From: an uncultured Candidatus Saccharibacteria bacterium
GTDB lineage: Bacteria; Patescibacteriota; Minisyncoccia; Phycocordibacterales; UBA9973
Length of the DNA stretch: 64,000 bases
Assembly (NCBI GenBank): GCA_964544225.1
Contig: CAZIZK010000001.1
Location: forward strand, 271,477-335,476
Direction: 5' to 3'
The notes under the pieces are model-generated. The model was not told the DNA's origin. It saw nothing but the letters and a program-made list of their open reading frames with translations, and did no database searches. Below, in pieces: positions 30,401 through 40,016 of the stretch; within the stretch, counting starts at the first letter, position 1; every line of letters begins with the position of its first letter. The position numbers were made by a program, and so were the translations under genes.

Positions 30401-30997
30401 AAAACTACAGTTACACTCATAGCACCATTTACACCATTTATAGCCGAGGATATCTGGCAGAGGTTGAAGCTTGGTAATGATGTGGAGAGTGTGCACCTAG
30501 CAGACTGGCCCGCAGCAGATGGCGAGGCAGATAAAGTTGTATTGGAAGAGATGCAAGAAGTGCGCGACATAGTAACAGTAGGTTTGCAAATGAGACAGAA
30601 AGCGGGTATCAAAGTTCGCCAGCCACTTTCAAAAATAATTGTTACAAAATCAAATCTTACTTCTGAATACAAAGAAATATTGAAAGATGAATTGAATGTA
30701 AAGGATGTAGTAGTGGGTGATGAACTAGGTTTGGATACCGAGATAACTCCTGATCTAAAGCGCGAGGGTGATTATCGCGAGCTTGTTCGTGCTGTCCAAG
30801 ATGGCAGGAAGAACATGGGTCTAATACCTGCCGATGTGGTGATTGTAACTATATCTGTAAATGCACAAGATTTAGTAGAAGAATTTATAACCGAGTTCAA
30901 AAAGACAGTGGGTGCAGGTGCTGTAAACTTTGCCGATAATGATGGAGACGAGGTAAAGGTAGGGGATATGAAGGTTAATATAAAGATTGAAAAATAA
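27485..30997 (+). CDS. ileS: Isoleucine--tRNA ligase, type 2, with inserted histidine-phosphatase domain
   Basis: DGPPFATGLPHYGH, GWDCHGLP, WTTTPWTLP, ISRNRFW, KMSKS; RHGE...THG insert; ATG at 27485 follows the T-box. Confidence 0.96.
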   Translation: MNTQKGNQDPERTNDSLSESTSNGVGKSTNAKREESVLEFWKENDTFNKSLTKEAPKGTYVFYDGPPFATGLPHYGHILGSTAKDVIGRYQTMRGFHVPRRWGWDCHGLPIENIVEKELGISGRKAIEEFGVDKFAEHARSAVLKYVGEWKKTVDRMGRWVDFDNSYKTMDNSFIESVWWALGQMNDKELLYEGVRVLAYCPRCETPIANSEIAMDNSYKDITDISVYVKFKVVGQDHTYLLAWTTTPWTLPGNTAIAVNKDIDYVYVKTKNNGGGHDHLIVAKNLFDKLKDKFTDPEILKEVKGSELVGMQYEPVFDYYKDVDMPNKENIWRVWHADFVTDDAGTGIAHEAPAFGEDDMNLAKEHNIPFIRHVEPNGFFTKEVTDFPDVKAKPKEDPQSTDVLVIKYLAHKGSLFAKEKIVHSYPHCYRCDTPLLYYALPSWFINVQKVKADALKNAEAMNWVPSHLKEGRFKHIMEGAPDWTISRNRFWASPLPFWKSEGGKLMIVNSLDDLKSKVKRSGNRYFIVRHGEAQHNVDNRISYKDEAGDLLTDKGIAQAVDVADKLKHFNVTKVFASRFARTNQTAEIIVDSIGVAKDSIKHDERLIELNPGVYDGQTWEKRNDWAYNQPSYYHAAPEGGESHQDAKNRFGDFIYELESKYQNENILIVTHGIGLEVLPAVALAADEVTSFNIYRDNPHNPCTLIDLDFFPLPHNAHYELDLHRPYIDAIKLVDHEGTEYTRVPEVIDCWFESGSMPFAQDHYPFERPNWEKENFPAGFVAEYIAQTRTWFYYTHIISSTLFGHAPFQNVVTTGTILAEDGSKMSKSKNNYPDPQILFDKYGVDALRFYLMSCPVMKGEDVAFTEKTVQEISSKIVGRLENVTTFYELYRDVKLETSNKNLKPNNVLDKWILSRLAELVVEVTDGMEAYDMVLATRPFELFIEDLSTWYLRRSRDRLKDGDTEALATLYHVLKTTVTLIAPFTPFIAEDIWQRLKLGNDVESVHLADWPAADGEADKVVLEEMQEVRDIVTVGLQMRQKAGIKVRQPLSKIIVTKSNLTSEYKEILKDELNVKDVVVGDELGLDTEITPDLKREGDYRELVRAVQDGRKNMGLIPADVVIVTISVNAQDLVEEFITEFKKTVGAGAVNFADNDGDEVKVGDMKVNIKIEK
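27510..27558. repeat. REP-like palindromic element (copy 2) inside the ileS 5' coding region
   Basis: ACCCCGAAAGAA...TTCTAACGGGGT with inner GATTCAC/GTGAATC hairpin; same right end as the 18840 element. Confidence 0.65.
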
Positions 30998-31950
30998 TGC
31001 TAGAAGAAAAATCATATGGAATAATATTGGTCCTTCGTAAAGAGAATGAAGAGGACCGTTATTTGATATTGAAGCAAAATACAAATACACAACACTGGAG
31101 CTATCCAAAAGGTCACGCTGAGGGTGATGAAGGGAAGAAAGAAACTGCACTTCGTGAATTAGAAGAGGAGACAGGTATTACAGATATAAAGTTTGCGAAC
31201 CTACCAAGCTTGTTCGAGAATTATCAGCATGAGAAAGATGGAAAGGTTTACAATAAAACAAATGAGTTTTTTATCGCGTTTACTGATAGTGACAAAGTAA
31301 CAATTCAAGCAGAGGAAGTTTTGGAATATAAATGGGCTACATATGATGAAGCCATGCAGACTTTTACATATGAAGAGCCAAAGAAACTTTTGAAAAATGT
31401 TCGTGAATATCTGGACCCAAATGGTTTAGGTAAAGATCTGGGTGTATTAAATGAATTTAATTTAACCGAATCTGATATAAAAAACTTTAAGTATCGTTAT
31501 GTTGCTCGTGCCGTGGTTGTAACACCAGAAGGTAATATAGTCCTTGTAAATACTACAAAGTGGGGAACTTATATTATTCCAGGTGGTGGTATAGAAGATA
31601 TGGAGACAATACTCGAAGCTACTATTCGTGAAGTAAAAGAGGAAACAGGTTATGATGCTGAAGTTATAAGACCTTTGGGCAATTTGTCTGTATACATACC
31701 GGAAAATGATTCACATAAAGGGCGTATATCGAAAACTTTTACATATCTTATGCGTGCAGTAGGTGAAAAGGGGGAGACGATGTATACCGAAGATGAGTTA
31801 TCTTTTGATTATGCTGTCAGCTCGCACCCGTACGATGAAGCATATGAATTATTATTGAAAGATGCAAAGAAGTTGGGGTTAAACAGTCATGCAAATAGGT
31901 CGCTCGTATTCTTTGAAGAAGCAAAGAAGTACTTAGAAAATGGAAAATAA
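30997..31950 (+). CDS. Tandem double-NUDIX hydrolase (N-domain Ap4A-hydrolase-like)
   Basis: Two Nudix boxes: PKGHAE...ALRELEEETGI and PGGGIE...IREVKEETGY. Confidence 0.9.
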   Translation: MLEEKSYGIILVLRKENEEDRYLILKQNTNTQHWSYPKGHAEGDEGKKETALRELEEETGITDIKFANLPSLFENYQHEKDGKVYNKTNEFFIAFTDSDKVTIQAEEVLEYKWATYDEAMQTFTYEEPKKLLKNVREYLDPNGLGKDLGVLNEFNLTESDIKNFKYRYVARAVVVTPEGNIVLVNTTKWGTYIIPGGGIEDMETILEATIREVKEETGYDAEVIRPLGNLSVYIPENDSHKGRISKTFTYLMRAVGEKGETMYTEDELSFDYAVSSHPYDEAYELLLKDAKKLGLNSHANRSLVFFEEAKKYLENGK

Positions 31951-32569
31951 AAAGCAAAAAATTGTAATGTTTGATTTTGATGGAGTGTTGGTTAACACTT
32001 GTGAATTTTGGTATAAGATACACAAGGATAAAAATGAAGGCCTAACATGGGAAAGGTTTTCTTCTATGAGTAATGGTAACTTTATTGAGACACAAAATGA
32101 GATGATGGAAAAGAATGAATATGTTTGGCCTATAGGTTCAGAGGCTCATTATATAGAAGCATTAAATTCGGTCTTTTCTATCGAAGACATCCTTCATGAT
32201 TGCGTGTTAAATCTATCAAATAATTATATTGTTGTAATTGTTTCTTCAGCTTCAAATAAAGTGATATCAGGTTTTTTAGAAAAGGAAAATTTACGTGAAT
32301 GCTTCTCAGATGTTTTTGGGTATGAGTTTCATTACAAGAAAACAGAAAAGATAAAACATTTACTGGATAAATATAATCTGAGCCCAAAGGATGCTGTATT
32401 TATTACTGACACATTAGGTGATGTGGTAGAGGCAACGGAATGCGGTGTCAGGTCTATAGCTATTACATGGGGTTTACACAAGGCAGATACTTTTAAGAGG
32501 GGTAACCCAGAGTTGATTTTAGATGACCCAACAAAACTTCAAGAAGAAATAGAAAAAATGCTTCCGTAA
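31940..32569 (+). CDS. HAD-superfamily phosphatase
   Basis: FDFDGVL, IVSS, K, FITDT.GD. Confidence 0.9.
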   Translation: MENKKQKIVMFDFDGVLVNTCEFWYKIHKDKNEGLTWERFSSMSNGNFIETQNEMMEKNEYVWPIGSEAHYIEALNSVFSIEDILHDCVLNLSNNYIVVIVSSASNKVISGFLEKENLRECFSDVFGYEFHYKKTEKIKHLLDKYNLSPKDAVFITDTLGDVVEATECGVRSIAITWGLHKADTFKRGNPELILDDPTKLQEEIEKMLP

Positions 32570-32584
32570 ATACGGAAGCATTTT
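32555..32584. terminator. Bidirectional terminator
   Basis: AAAATGCTTCCGTA/TACGGAAGCATTTT inverted repeat. Confidence 0.75.
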
Positions 32585-32626
32585 GAATTTACATCCAGCT
32601 CCTTAGGCGCTGAATAGGGATGAAAA

Positions 32627-32866
32627 TCATCTTAGGTCTTGAAAGGCCCAGCCACGGTTAATTGTGGATTCATTGAATTTTTTTCTTTCCATCTCCTCTT
32701 TTTCTTTACATTTTTGCTCATAGCGCAATTTGTACTTTGGAGAGAAAAAGCAAAGAATCTTGGTTGGTATATCTTTTATATACCACAAGATGAATACAAT
32801 TAGTAATAGAAGGGCAAATAGAAATAGCCCAAGTAAACCAGCGATGTTGTTGATGATGTTTTTCAT
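32627..32866 (-). CDS. Small single-pass membrane protein (79 aa)
   Basis: N-terminal hydrophobic helix and charged tail; lies downstream of a promoter/leader/attenuator. Confidence 0.65.
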   Translation of the reverse strand: MKNIINNIAGLLGLFLFALLLLIVFILWYIKDIPTKILCFFSPKYKLRYEQKCKEKEEMERKKFNESTINRGWAFQDLR

Positions 32867-32906
32867 ATGTTTTTATTTAGTTGTGAATGTGCAATTGTTT
32901 ACCCTA

Positions 32907-33040
32907 ATTAAAAAGGCCAGCCATTTGAGGGCTGGTGTTTAAGATCAAACAATAGGAGATATTTAAACGCAAAAACCAGCCATCAAATTGTATGCTGGCG
33001 GTACCGGAGAACTATTAACTATTTTTGCGTAAATATTCAT
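32907..33040 (-). promoter_or_regulatory. Putative ribosome-dependent transcription attenuator
   Basis: Mutually exclusive pairings 1:2 (ACGCAAAAA/TTTTTGCGT), 2:3 (ATTTGATGGCTGGT/ACCAGCCCTCAAAT) and 3:4 terminator CCAGCC/GGCTGG followed by CCTTTTT. Confidence 0.7.
32963..33040 (-). CDS. Putative leader peptide MNIYAKIVNSSPVPPAYNLMAGFCV
   Basis: 25-aa ORF starting a few nt after the predicted TSS and overlapping attenuator segments 1-2. Confidence 0.6.
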   Translation of the reverse strand: MNIYAKIVNSSPVPPAYNLMAGFCV

Positions 33041-33049
33041 TACCTATAT

Positions 33050-33078
33050 AATATAGCAATCCCAGTAACCATTGTCAA
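33050..33078 (-). promoter_or_regulatory. Sigma70 promoter with extended -10
   Basis: TTGACA-17 nt-TATATT with TG immediately upstream of the -10. Confidence 0.75.
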
Positions 33079-33112
33079 ATAAGGGTTTTGCCAGCTGTGA
33101 TATAATATTTAT

Positions 33113-33754
33113 ATGAAAATCAAGAAATTAGGGCATTGTTGTTTTGTGGTAGATGTAAATGGCAAAAGGGTAATGACTGACCCTGGGTCATATTCGTATT
33201 TACAAAATGAAGAAAAAGGTGTTGATTTGATCGTTATAACTCACGAGCATCCAGACCACCTTCATATTGAATCTTTGAAAAAAGTTTTAGAAAATAATCC
33301 AAATATAAAGATAGTTACAAATAGCTCGGTTGGTAAATTACTAGCAGATGCAGGTATTACGTTTGAGTTATTAGAAGAAGGGGGTAGTGGTGAATATGAT
33401 GGAGTTCATCTAGAAGCCCATGGAAAGATCCATGAGGAAATATATAAGGAGTTTGGCCGGGTACAAAATACTGGGTATTTTATAGGGCATGATTTATTCT
33501 ATCCAGGGGACGCTTTTACAAATCCAGGTAAACCTGTAAGTGTACTAGCTTTACCTGTTGCTGGGCCTTGGATGAAAATAAAGAGCGCTATAGATTACGC
33601 ACTGGAGTTAAAGCCACGAATTTGCTTCCCCATACACGACGGAATGATAGAGATTGATAAGCCGGGTCCAATATATATGCTACCAACAAAAATTCTAACA
33701 GAAAATAATATTGAGTTTAAAAAGTTAGAAATAGGTAAAGAGGAAGAATTGTAA
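33113..33754 (+). CDS. Metallo-beta-lactamase-fold hydrolase
   Basis: LGHCC, TDPG, THEHPDH, PGD, PIH. Confidence 0.9.
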   Translation: MKIKKLGHCCFVVDVNGKRVMTDPGSYSYLQNEEKGVDLIVITHEHPDHLHIESLKKVLENNPNIKIVTNSSVGKLLADAGITFELLEEGGSGEYDGVHLEAHGKIHEEIYKEFGRVQNTGYFIGHDLFYPGDAFTNPGKPVSVLALPVAGPWMKIKSAIDYALELKPRICFPIHDGMIEIDKPGPIYMLPTKILTENNIEFKKLEIGKEEEL

Positions 33755-33758
33755 TTAA

Positions 33759-34349
33759 ATGGCTCAGCATCATATACATCATACAGAGGGTATAGTGATC
33801 GGCTCGCGCAACAGGGGCGAGGCGAATAAATTATTTACCATTTATACACTCGAGCATGGATTGGTATATGCCATGGCGCAGGGGATACGACTTCATAAAT
33901 CTAAACTTCGTTATTCAATGCAGGAGTTGTCGTACGTAAGTTTGGATCTGGTGCACGGCAGGGATATCTGGCGAGTAACTTCAGCTACTCACATAAATTC
34001 ATTTGCATACGCGCGCAAGGATATGAAGTCTATCGCCCTTATGATGCGTGTTTGTAAATTGCTAGAGAGGCTCTGTGCAGGTGAAGAGGGTAACAAGGAA
34101 ATATTCTACGATGTTGTGCAGACTTTTACTACACTCGATACTGAGAATCCTGATCCACAAATGCGTGACGCCCTGGAACTGCAATTAGTATTGCGCATAT
34201 TACACAGGCTAGGTTATATAGGTGAAAGCGAGGATATTGAACATTGCCTGGGTGAGAACTCGGTTCCCGAAGATGTCATGAAAGTCCTCAACAGCAAGAA
34301 GCCAATAATATTGGCTATCAATAAGGCTTTACGTGAAAGTCAGCTGTAA
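33759..34349 (+). CDS. recO: DNA repair protein RecO (short form)
   Basis: TEGIVIGSRNRGEANK, A.GIR..SKLR OB-fold N-terminus. Confidence 0.85.
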   Translation: MAQHHIHHTEGIVIGSRNRGEANKLFTIYTLEHGLVYAMAQGIRLHKSKLRYSMQELSYVSLDLVHGRDIWRVTSATHINSFAYARKDMKSIALMMRVCKLLERLCAGEEGNKEIFYDVVQTFTTLDTENPDPQMRDALELQLVLRILHRLGYIGESEDIEHCLGENSVPEDVMKVLNSKKPIILAINKALRESQL

Positions 34350-34381
34350 AATAGGTAGCCTTATGTGTTATAATATAGCCC

Positions 34382-36283
34382 ATGGCAGAATCTAAGAACC
34401 CACTGCATAGAATCGAAGATATAAAGCGTAAACTCTACGAAAGAGGCTTTTCTTCCGAGTTGCACCACAAGGAGGGTGTATTGCATGCGGTACCTCATGA
34501 TGTACCAAATACTTGGGAGGGGGCCGAAGGTAATACACTAAAAAGCACTCATGTATCTATTGCAAAGAAGTTCTTCATCGGGGCGGTACTGTTCTTCATC
34601 GGGGCGATATTCTTCGGTGTATATATGTATATGAGCGGGACTCGCACAGTGTCCAGTGACAATATCGAGATCAATATATTAGGTAATGCCTTTACCGAAG
34701 GTGGCGAGGAGTTGCCACTACAGATAGAGATAATCAATCACAACAATGCCGCACTCGAACTTGCAAATATGGTTATCGAATATCCAAAAGGTGCTTCGAC
34801 CTCGGCTGTGGAAACACCTGACTCACTAATACGTCTACCAAAAGAAAATATTGGAACTATCCCCGCAGGTGGCAGGGTGGAGAAGGCGAAGAAGGTCACA
34901 TTGTATGGCGACCAGAACACGGTCCGCAATGTAAAGGTTATCCTGGAGTACCACCCAGCTGGCTCGAATGCAATATTTACAAAAGAAAAGATTTATCCAG
35001 TTACTATTAACTCTTCACCGATTACACTATCTGTTGATGGTCCAATACAGACAACTTCCGGACAGGAGATCACCCTGAATATTACAGCCACATTAAATAC
35101 TACATTACCAGAGGGCGACACCATGTTGTCAGTAGCATATCCAAATGGATTCAAATTTACTAATGCAGTGCCACAGCCAGTGTTCGGAAGTTCAGTGTGG
35201 AACCTAAATGCTCTTGCAGTAGGCAAGCCTATATCTATTGCCATAAAGGGTACTATGAATGGCCAGAACGGTGACGAGCAAGCCTTTCATATATATGTAG
35301 GTACTACAAAAGGCATGAACAAATCCGTTGTCGATGTTGTTTACAATTCACTACTACACACTGTGTCACTACAGAAGCCTTTCTTGCAGGCAACGATACT
35401 TCTCGACGGGGCGAACCTGGATACTTATTCTACATCGGGCGGGCGTATGATACGTGGACAAGTATTGTGGGCCAACAATTTGCAATCAACCATTTTAGAT
35501 GGCGAAGTGAGTGTTACATTTAGTGGTAATATTTTTGATAAGGAGTCTGTGGTACCTGAAGAAGGCTTCTATGACTCTGTAAATAATCGTATTGTATGGA
35601 ATAGGAATACTACTCCAGAATTTGCGACGCTAGCACCAGGGGCAACAGGGTATCTTAATTTTGAATTCACCCCTGCATCTGTTATAGGTTCGAACCAGAC
35701 TATTCGTGATCCCCAAGTAGTGCTCGATGTTAGTATCAAAGGGCGCGAATCTACATCGGGATCAACAATATCTGAAATCAACAATTTCGCAAAGAAGATA
35801 GTCCGCCTTGCATCAGACTTTCAGCTAGTAGCACGTGCAAATTATGCAAGTGGGGAACTGCCTCCAAAAGCCGAGAAGGATACCGTATACACTATATACT
35901 GGACACTATCGAACTCTATCAACCCTGTATCACAGGCCGAGGCCAGGGCAGAACTGCCTGTGTATATGGACTGGGTGGGTATGGCCAATGGTAGCAAAGA
36001 GGCCGTAACATATGATAAACTAACTCGTCAGATAGTATGGAATATAGGTACAGTCAGGCAGAACACTGGGTTCGGGTCCAACAACAGGGAAGCCGCTTTT
36101 AATATAAAGCTTCGCCCATCTGTATCCCAAGTAGGTAGCGTGCCAAATATTATAAAAGAGGTCACTCTGACTGGTATTGACTCGTTCTCCAACAGTGGAC
36201 TACGATCTGTAAAGCAGTCACTTAGTACCAGACTGGAAAATGATTCCAATTTCCAAAACGGCGATGAAAAGGTAATAAGATAA
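34382..36283 (+). CDS. Membrane-anchored hypothetical protein with repeated Ig-like beta-sandwich domains
   Basis: One TM near residue 60-85, then repeated beta-rich units ending in W.ig.l..g-like motifs. Confidence 0.7.
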   Translation: MAESKNPLHRIEDIKRKLYERGFSSELHHKEGVLHAVPHDVPNTWEGAEGNTLKSTHVSIAKKFFIGAVLFFIGAIFFGVYMYMSGTRTVSSDNIEINILGNAFTEGGEELPLQIEIINHNNAALELANMVIEYPKGASTSAVETPDSLIRLPKENIGTIPAGGRVEKAKKVTLYGDQNTVRNVKVILEYHPAGSNAIFTKEKIYPVTINSSPITLSVDGPIQTTSGQEITLNITATLNTTLPEGDTMLSVAYPNGFKFTNAVPQPVFGSSVWNLNALAVGKPISIAIKGTMNGQNGDEQAFHIYVGTTKGMNKSVVDVVYNSLLHTVSLQKPFLQATILLDGANLDTYSTSGGRMIRGQVLWANNLQSTILDGEVSVTFSGNIFDKESVVPEEGFYDSVNNRIVWNRNTTPEFATLAPGATGYLNFEFTPASVIGSNQTIRDPQVVLDVSIKGRESTSGSTISEINNFAKKIVRLASDFQLVARANYASGELPPKAEKDTVYTIYWTLSNSINPVSQAEARAELPVYMDWVGMANGSKEAVTYDKLTRQIVWNIGTVRQNTGFGSNNREAAFNIKLRPSVSQVGSVPNIIKEVTLTGIDSFSNSGLRSVKQSLSTRLENDSNFQNGDEKVIR

Positions 36284-36307
36284 TTATAGTTAATAATTTA
36301 AATAAAT

Positions 36308-37639
36308 ATGGAAGACACAGATAATAACAAAATGGAGAAGCTAACATCGCTTGCAAAGCGTCGCGGATTCATATACCAGGGGTCCGAAGTGTATGGTGGG
36401 CTTGCTGGTACTTTTGACTATGGGCCACTGGGTGTTGCATTAAAGAATAATATAAAGAACTCTTGGTGGAAGAAGTTCGTAGATTCGCGCGACGATATGT
36501 ATGGGGTGGATGCAGCGATACTTATGAATGCAAAAGTGTGGCAGTCTACTGGCCATGTCGAAAACTTTTCTGACCCGATGGTGGAATGTACTGAATGCAA
36601 GAAGCGTTTCCGTGCAGACCAGATAGACACTAGCGCCGGCTGTCCTGAATGCGGAAGTAAATTAGGCGAGGAGAAGAATTTCAATATGATGTTCTCTACC
36701 CAGATAGGTGCTGTAGCCGACTCTGCATCGACAGTATATTTGCGTCCAGAAACAGCCCAGGGTATGTTCGTGAATTTCAAGAATGTGATGGACTCTATAC
36801 ACCCAAAGTTACCATTTGGACTCGCACAGATCGGTAAAGCATTTCGCAACGAGATCACTCCACGTGACTTTATCTTTCGTGTTCGTGAACTCGAGCAGAT
36901 GGAGATAGAGTATTTCCTAAAGCCTGAAGAGTGGAAGAAATATTTCGAATATTTCCGAGCCGAGATGCTGTCTTGGATGGAGTCTATCGGTATCGACATG
37001 AACCATGTTCATGAGCTGGAAGTAGGTGATGGTGATCGCGCTCATTATTCTGACCGCACTATCGACTTTGAGTTCGACTTTCCATTTGGTAGGAAGGAAC
37101 TGTATGGTTTGGCTTATCGTTCCGACTTTGACCTGGCTCGCCATTCAAAGGGTAGTGGGCAGGACCTAACATATTTCGACGAAGAAAGTGGCGAAAGGTT
37201 CACTCCGCATGTTATCGAGCCTTCATTTGGACTCGAGCGTACAGTTCTGGCACTTCTAACAAGTGCTTATAAAGAGGATGCAAAAGGTGACGAAGTTCGA
37301 CCATATTTAGCATTTGAACCAAGCATGGCCCCTGTGATATGTGCAGTGTCACCGTTGCTAAAGAACAAGCAAGAGTTGCGTGATTATGCACACAAAGTAT
37401 ACCGAACTCTCAAAGATGAATTCGGCCGTGTAATGTGGGATGACAATGGCAACATAGGCAAGAGGTATCGCAGACAAGACGAGATAGGTACACCATTCTG
37501 CATCGTTATAGACTTCGACACACTAGGCGAGAACCCAGACTTGATCGATACAGTTACAATCCGTGACCGTGATACCGGTGCCCAAGAACGCATCGCAGTA
37601 TCTGAACTCGTAGAACATATAAAAGAGAAGTTAAACTAA
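36308..37639 (+). CDS. glyQS: Glycine--tRNA ligase (alpha2, archaeal/eukaryal type)
   Basis: KRRGF, DYGPLG, YLRPETAQG, FRNEITP, IGKRYRRQDEIGTP. Confidence 0.97.
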   Translation: MEDTDNNKMEKLTSLAKRRGFIYQGSEVYGGLAGTFDYGPLGVALKNNIKNSWWKKFVDSRDDMYGVDAAILMNAKVWQSTGHVENFSDPMVECTECKKRFRADQIDTSAGCPECGSKLGEEKNFNMMFSTQIGAVADSASTVYLRPETAQGMFVNFKNVMDSIHPKLPFGLAQIGKAFRNEITPRDFIFRVRELEQMEIEYFLKPEEWKKYFEYFRAEMLSWMESIGIDMNHVHELEVGDGDRAHYSDRTIDFEFDFPFGRKELYGLAYRSDFDLARHSKGSGQDLTYFDEESGERFTPHVIEPSFGLERTVLALLTSAYKEDAKGDEVRPYLAFEPSMAPVICAVSPLLKNKQELRDYAHKVYRTLKDEFGRVMWDDNGNIGKRYRRQDEIGTPFCIVIDFDTLGENPDLIDTVTIRDRDTGAQERIAVSELVEHIKEKLN

Positions 37640-37651
37640 TATAAATTAAAT

Positions 37652-38923
37652 ATGCAAAAGCCAAAGAAGACAACATTGAATAATGGGTTGCGGGTAGTGA
37701 CTGTGCCTATGAAGGATAACCCGACTGTGACAGTACTTGTATTGGTAGGTACAGGTAGCGACTATGAGGACAAGAGCGTAGGTGGTATATCGCACTTCCT
37801 AGAGCATATGTGCTTCAAGGGAACTAGCAAGAGGCCTACACCACAGAGTATCTCGCACGAGCTAGATTCACTAGGCTCTGTATACAATGCATTTACTGAC
37901 CACGAGATGACAGGCTACTATGCAAAGGCTGATAGTAAACATTTCAAAAAGATTTTTGAAATCATTTCCGATATTTATCTAAACTCGACATTTCCACAAA
38001 GTGAAATCGACAAGGAGAAGGGTGTAATAGTAGAGGAGATCAATATGTACGAGGATATGCCACACCGCCATGTACATGACTTGTTCGACGAGCTTCTGTA
38101 TGGTGACCAGCCAGCAGGGCGCAATATTGCCGGTACTCGCGAGATAGTGAAGAGCCTAAATAGGGAAGACTTTGTAAAGTATAAGAACACACATTATGTA
38201 TCAGGCGCCACCACTATATTTGTAGTGGGTAATGTGAAGGAGATGGATGTAAAGAATGAGGTTAAAAAATATTTTAAAGATATACCAACAAAGAAACAAT
38301 CAAAGAAGGTGAAGACTAAGGAGGCCCAAACAAAGCCAGAAGTATTGATCAAGCATAAAGTTACCGACCAGACACACTTTGTTCTGGGTGTTCGAAGCTT
38401 TGATATATTTGATAAACGCAATACAACGCTCGGAGTACTCGGTGCAGTACTTGGCGCGGGCATGAGCTCACGATTATTTATCAAGCTACGCGAGGAGATG
38501 GGTGTCGCGTATTATGTAAATGCTTACAATGACACAAGCCTTGATCATGGAGTGTTCAAGATATCGGCTGGAGTTTCCAATGATAGGGTAGAGGAAGTAT
38601 TGAAAGAAATATTAAAAGAGTGTAATAGGCTGTGTACCGAGGATGTATCAAAGAAGGAGCTCGACAAAGTAAAGTCACTGATAATAGGTAATACGAAGCT
38701 CGCCCTGGAAGCTACCGATGACATAGCCACATATTTCGGCCGTCAGGAGATACTGAAAGGCGAGATGAAGACAATAGAGGAAAGGGCAAAGATGGTAAAT
38801 GCTGTCACAGCGAAAGATATAAAGAAATTGGCCAAGACAATCTTTACCGAAAAGGCTTTAAACCTAACATTGATAGGCCCTTTTAAGGATAAAGCCAAAT
38901 TTACCAAATTGCTGACATTCTAG
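37652..38923 (+). CDS. M16 family zinc peptidase
   Basis: Inverted zinc motif HFLEHMCFKG, NAFT, SSRLF..LREE.G..Y. Confidence 0.93.
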   Translation: MQKPKKTTLNNGLRVVTVPMKDNPTVTVLVLVGTGSDYEDKSVGGISHFLEHMCFKGTSKRPTPQSISHELDSLGSVYNAFTDHEMTGYYAKADSKHFKKIFEIISDIYLNSTFPQSEIDKEKGVIVEEINMYEDMPHRHVHDLFDELLYGDQPAGRNIAGTREIVKSLNREDFVKYKNTHYVSGATTIFVVGNVKEMDVKNEVKKYFKDIPTKKQSKKVKTKEAQTKPEVLIKHKVTDQTHFVLGVRSFDIFDKRNTTLGVLGAVLGAGMSSRLFIKLREEMGVAYYVNAYNDTSLDHGVFKISAGVSNDRVEEVLKEILKECNRLCTEDVSKKELDKVKSLIIGNTKLALEATDDIATYFGRQEILKGEMKTIEERAKMVNAVTAKDIKKLAKTIFTEKALNLTLIGPFKDKAKFTKLLTF

Positions 38924-38947
38924 GATATTGTGGTATTATCTAGGTAT

Positions 38948-40015
38948 ATGTCAGACAATAATAGAAATGTATCAATAAATATATCAACAAGCACACTGTT
39001 TAAGATAGTGCTTATTGGTGTGCTCATATTAGCAATAGTAAAGTTACGTTCGTTAGTATTGGTTATATTAACAGCTATCGTTGTTGCTTCTTTTATCACA
39101 TCGGCTGTTGATAAAATGAAGAAATATATTAAAAACAGAACATTATCTGTCTTCTTGATATACCTAGTATCATTTGGTATTGTCGCAGGATTATTCTCAG
39201 TCTTCATACCAGTCTTTATAGAGGAAATGTCCACATTGGTAGCACAATTAGGGAATTATATCCCAAAGACAAGTATATTTTCTACCTTTGAGCCAGACAC
39301 AACTAGCGCCGCAAAAGATGTAGTAGAAAGTTTGTCCGGCAAGGGGTCACTAAAAGATGTAATCCAAAGTACCCAAGGCTTAATGCAGAGCATCTCGGGT
39401 GGGTTCTTCAATGTGTTCGGAACAGCCTTTGGGGGAGTCCTCAATATGGTTTTGATAGTTATTATATCTTTTTATTTATCAATAAAAGAAAAAGGCATCG
39501 AGGGGTTCTTGCGCATCATTACACCTGCATCACACGAAGAGTATGTAATAGGTTTGTGGCAAAGAACCGAGAGGAAGATTGGTTTGTGGATCCAAGGCCA
39601 GATGTTATTGGGTTTGATAATAGGTACGCTTACATATCTAGGGCTAACTATATTGGGTGTAAAGTATGCTTTCGTATTAGCACTTATAACTGCATTTACC
39701 GAATTGATACCTTTTGGACTTCTGATCGCTATTGTTCCAGCTGTTATGTTTAGTTATCTAGATGGGGGTATTACACTATCACTTATGACATTTGGCTTGT
39801 ATATGATATTGCATCAATTTGAAACATATCTAATCCAACCACTAATTGTAAAGAAGGTTACAGGGGTCCCACCACTTGTGGTTATATTATCTGTTTTAAT
39901 AGGTTACGAATTGGCCGGATTCTGGGGTATTATATTGGCTATGCCTGTAGCCGTATTCCTATTAGAATTTGTGGACGACCTAGAGAAGAAGAAGATATTG
40001 TCCCGAACGAATTAG
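38948..40015 (+). CDS. AI-2E family transporter
   Basis: Multiple TMs, W..GQ, IP..G, E.YLIQP.I, GIILAMP. Confidence 0.9.
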   Translation: MSDNNRNVSINISTSTLFKIVLIGVLILAIVKLRSLVLVILTAIVVASFITSAVDKMKKYIKNRTLSVFLIYLVSFGIVAGLFSVFIPVFIEEMSTLVAQLGNYIPKTSIFSTFEPDTTSAAKDVVESLSGKGSLKDVIQSTQGLMQSISGGFFNVFGTAFGGVLNMVLIVIISFYLSIKEKGIEGFLRIITPASHEEYVIGLWQRTERKIGLWIQGQMLLGLIIGTLTYLGLTILGVKYAFVLALITAFTELIPFGLLIAIVPAVMFSYLDGGITLSLMTFGLYMILHQFETYLIQPLIVKKVTGVPPLVVILSVLIGYELAGFWGIILAMPVAVFLLEFVDDLEKKKILSRTN

Positions 40016-40016
40016 T

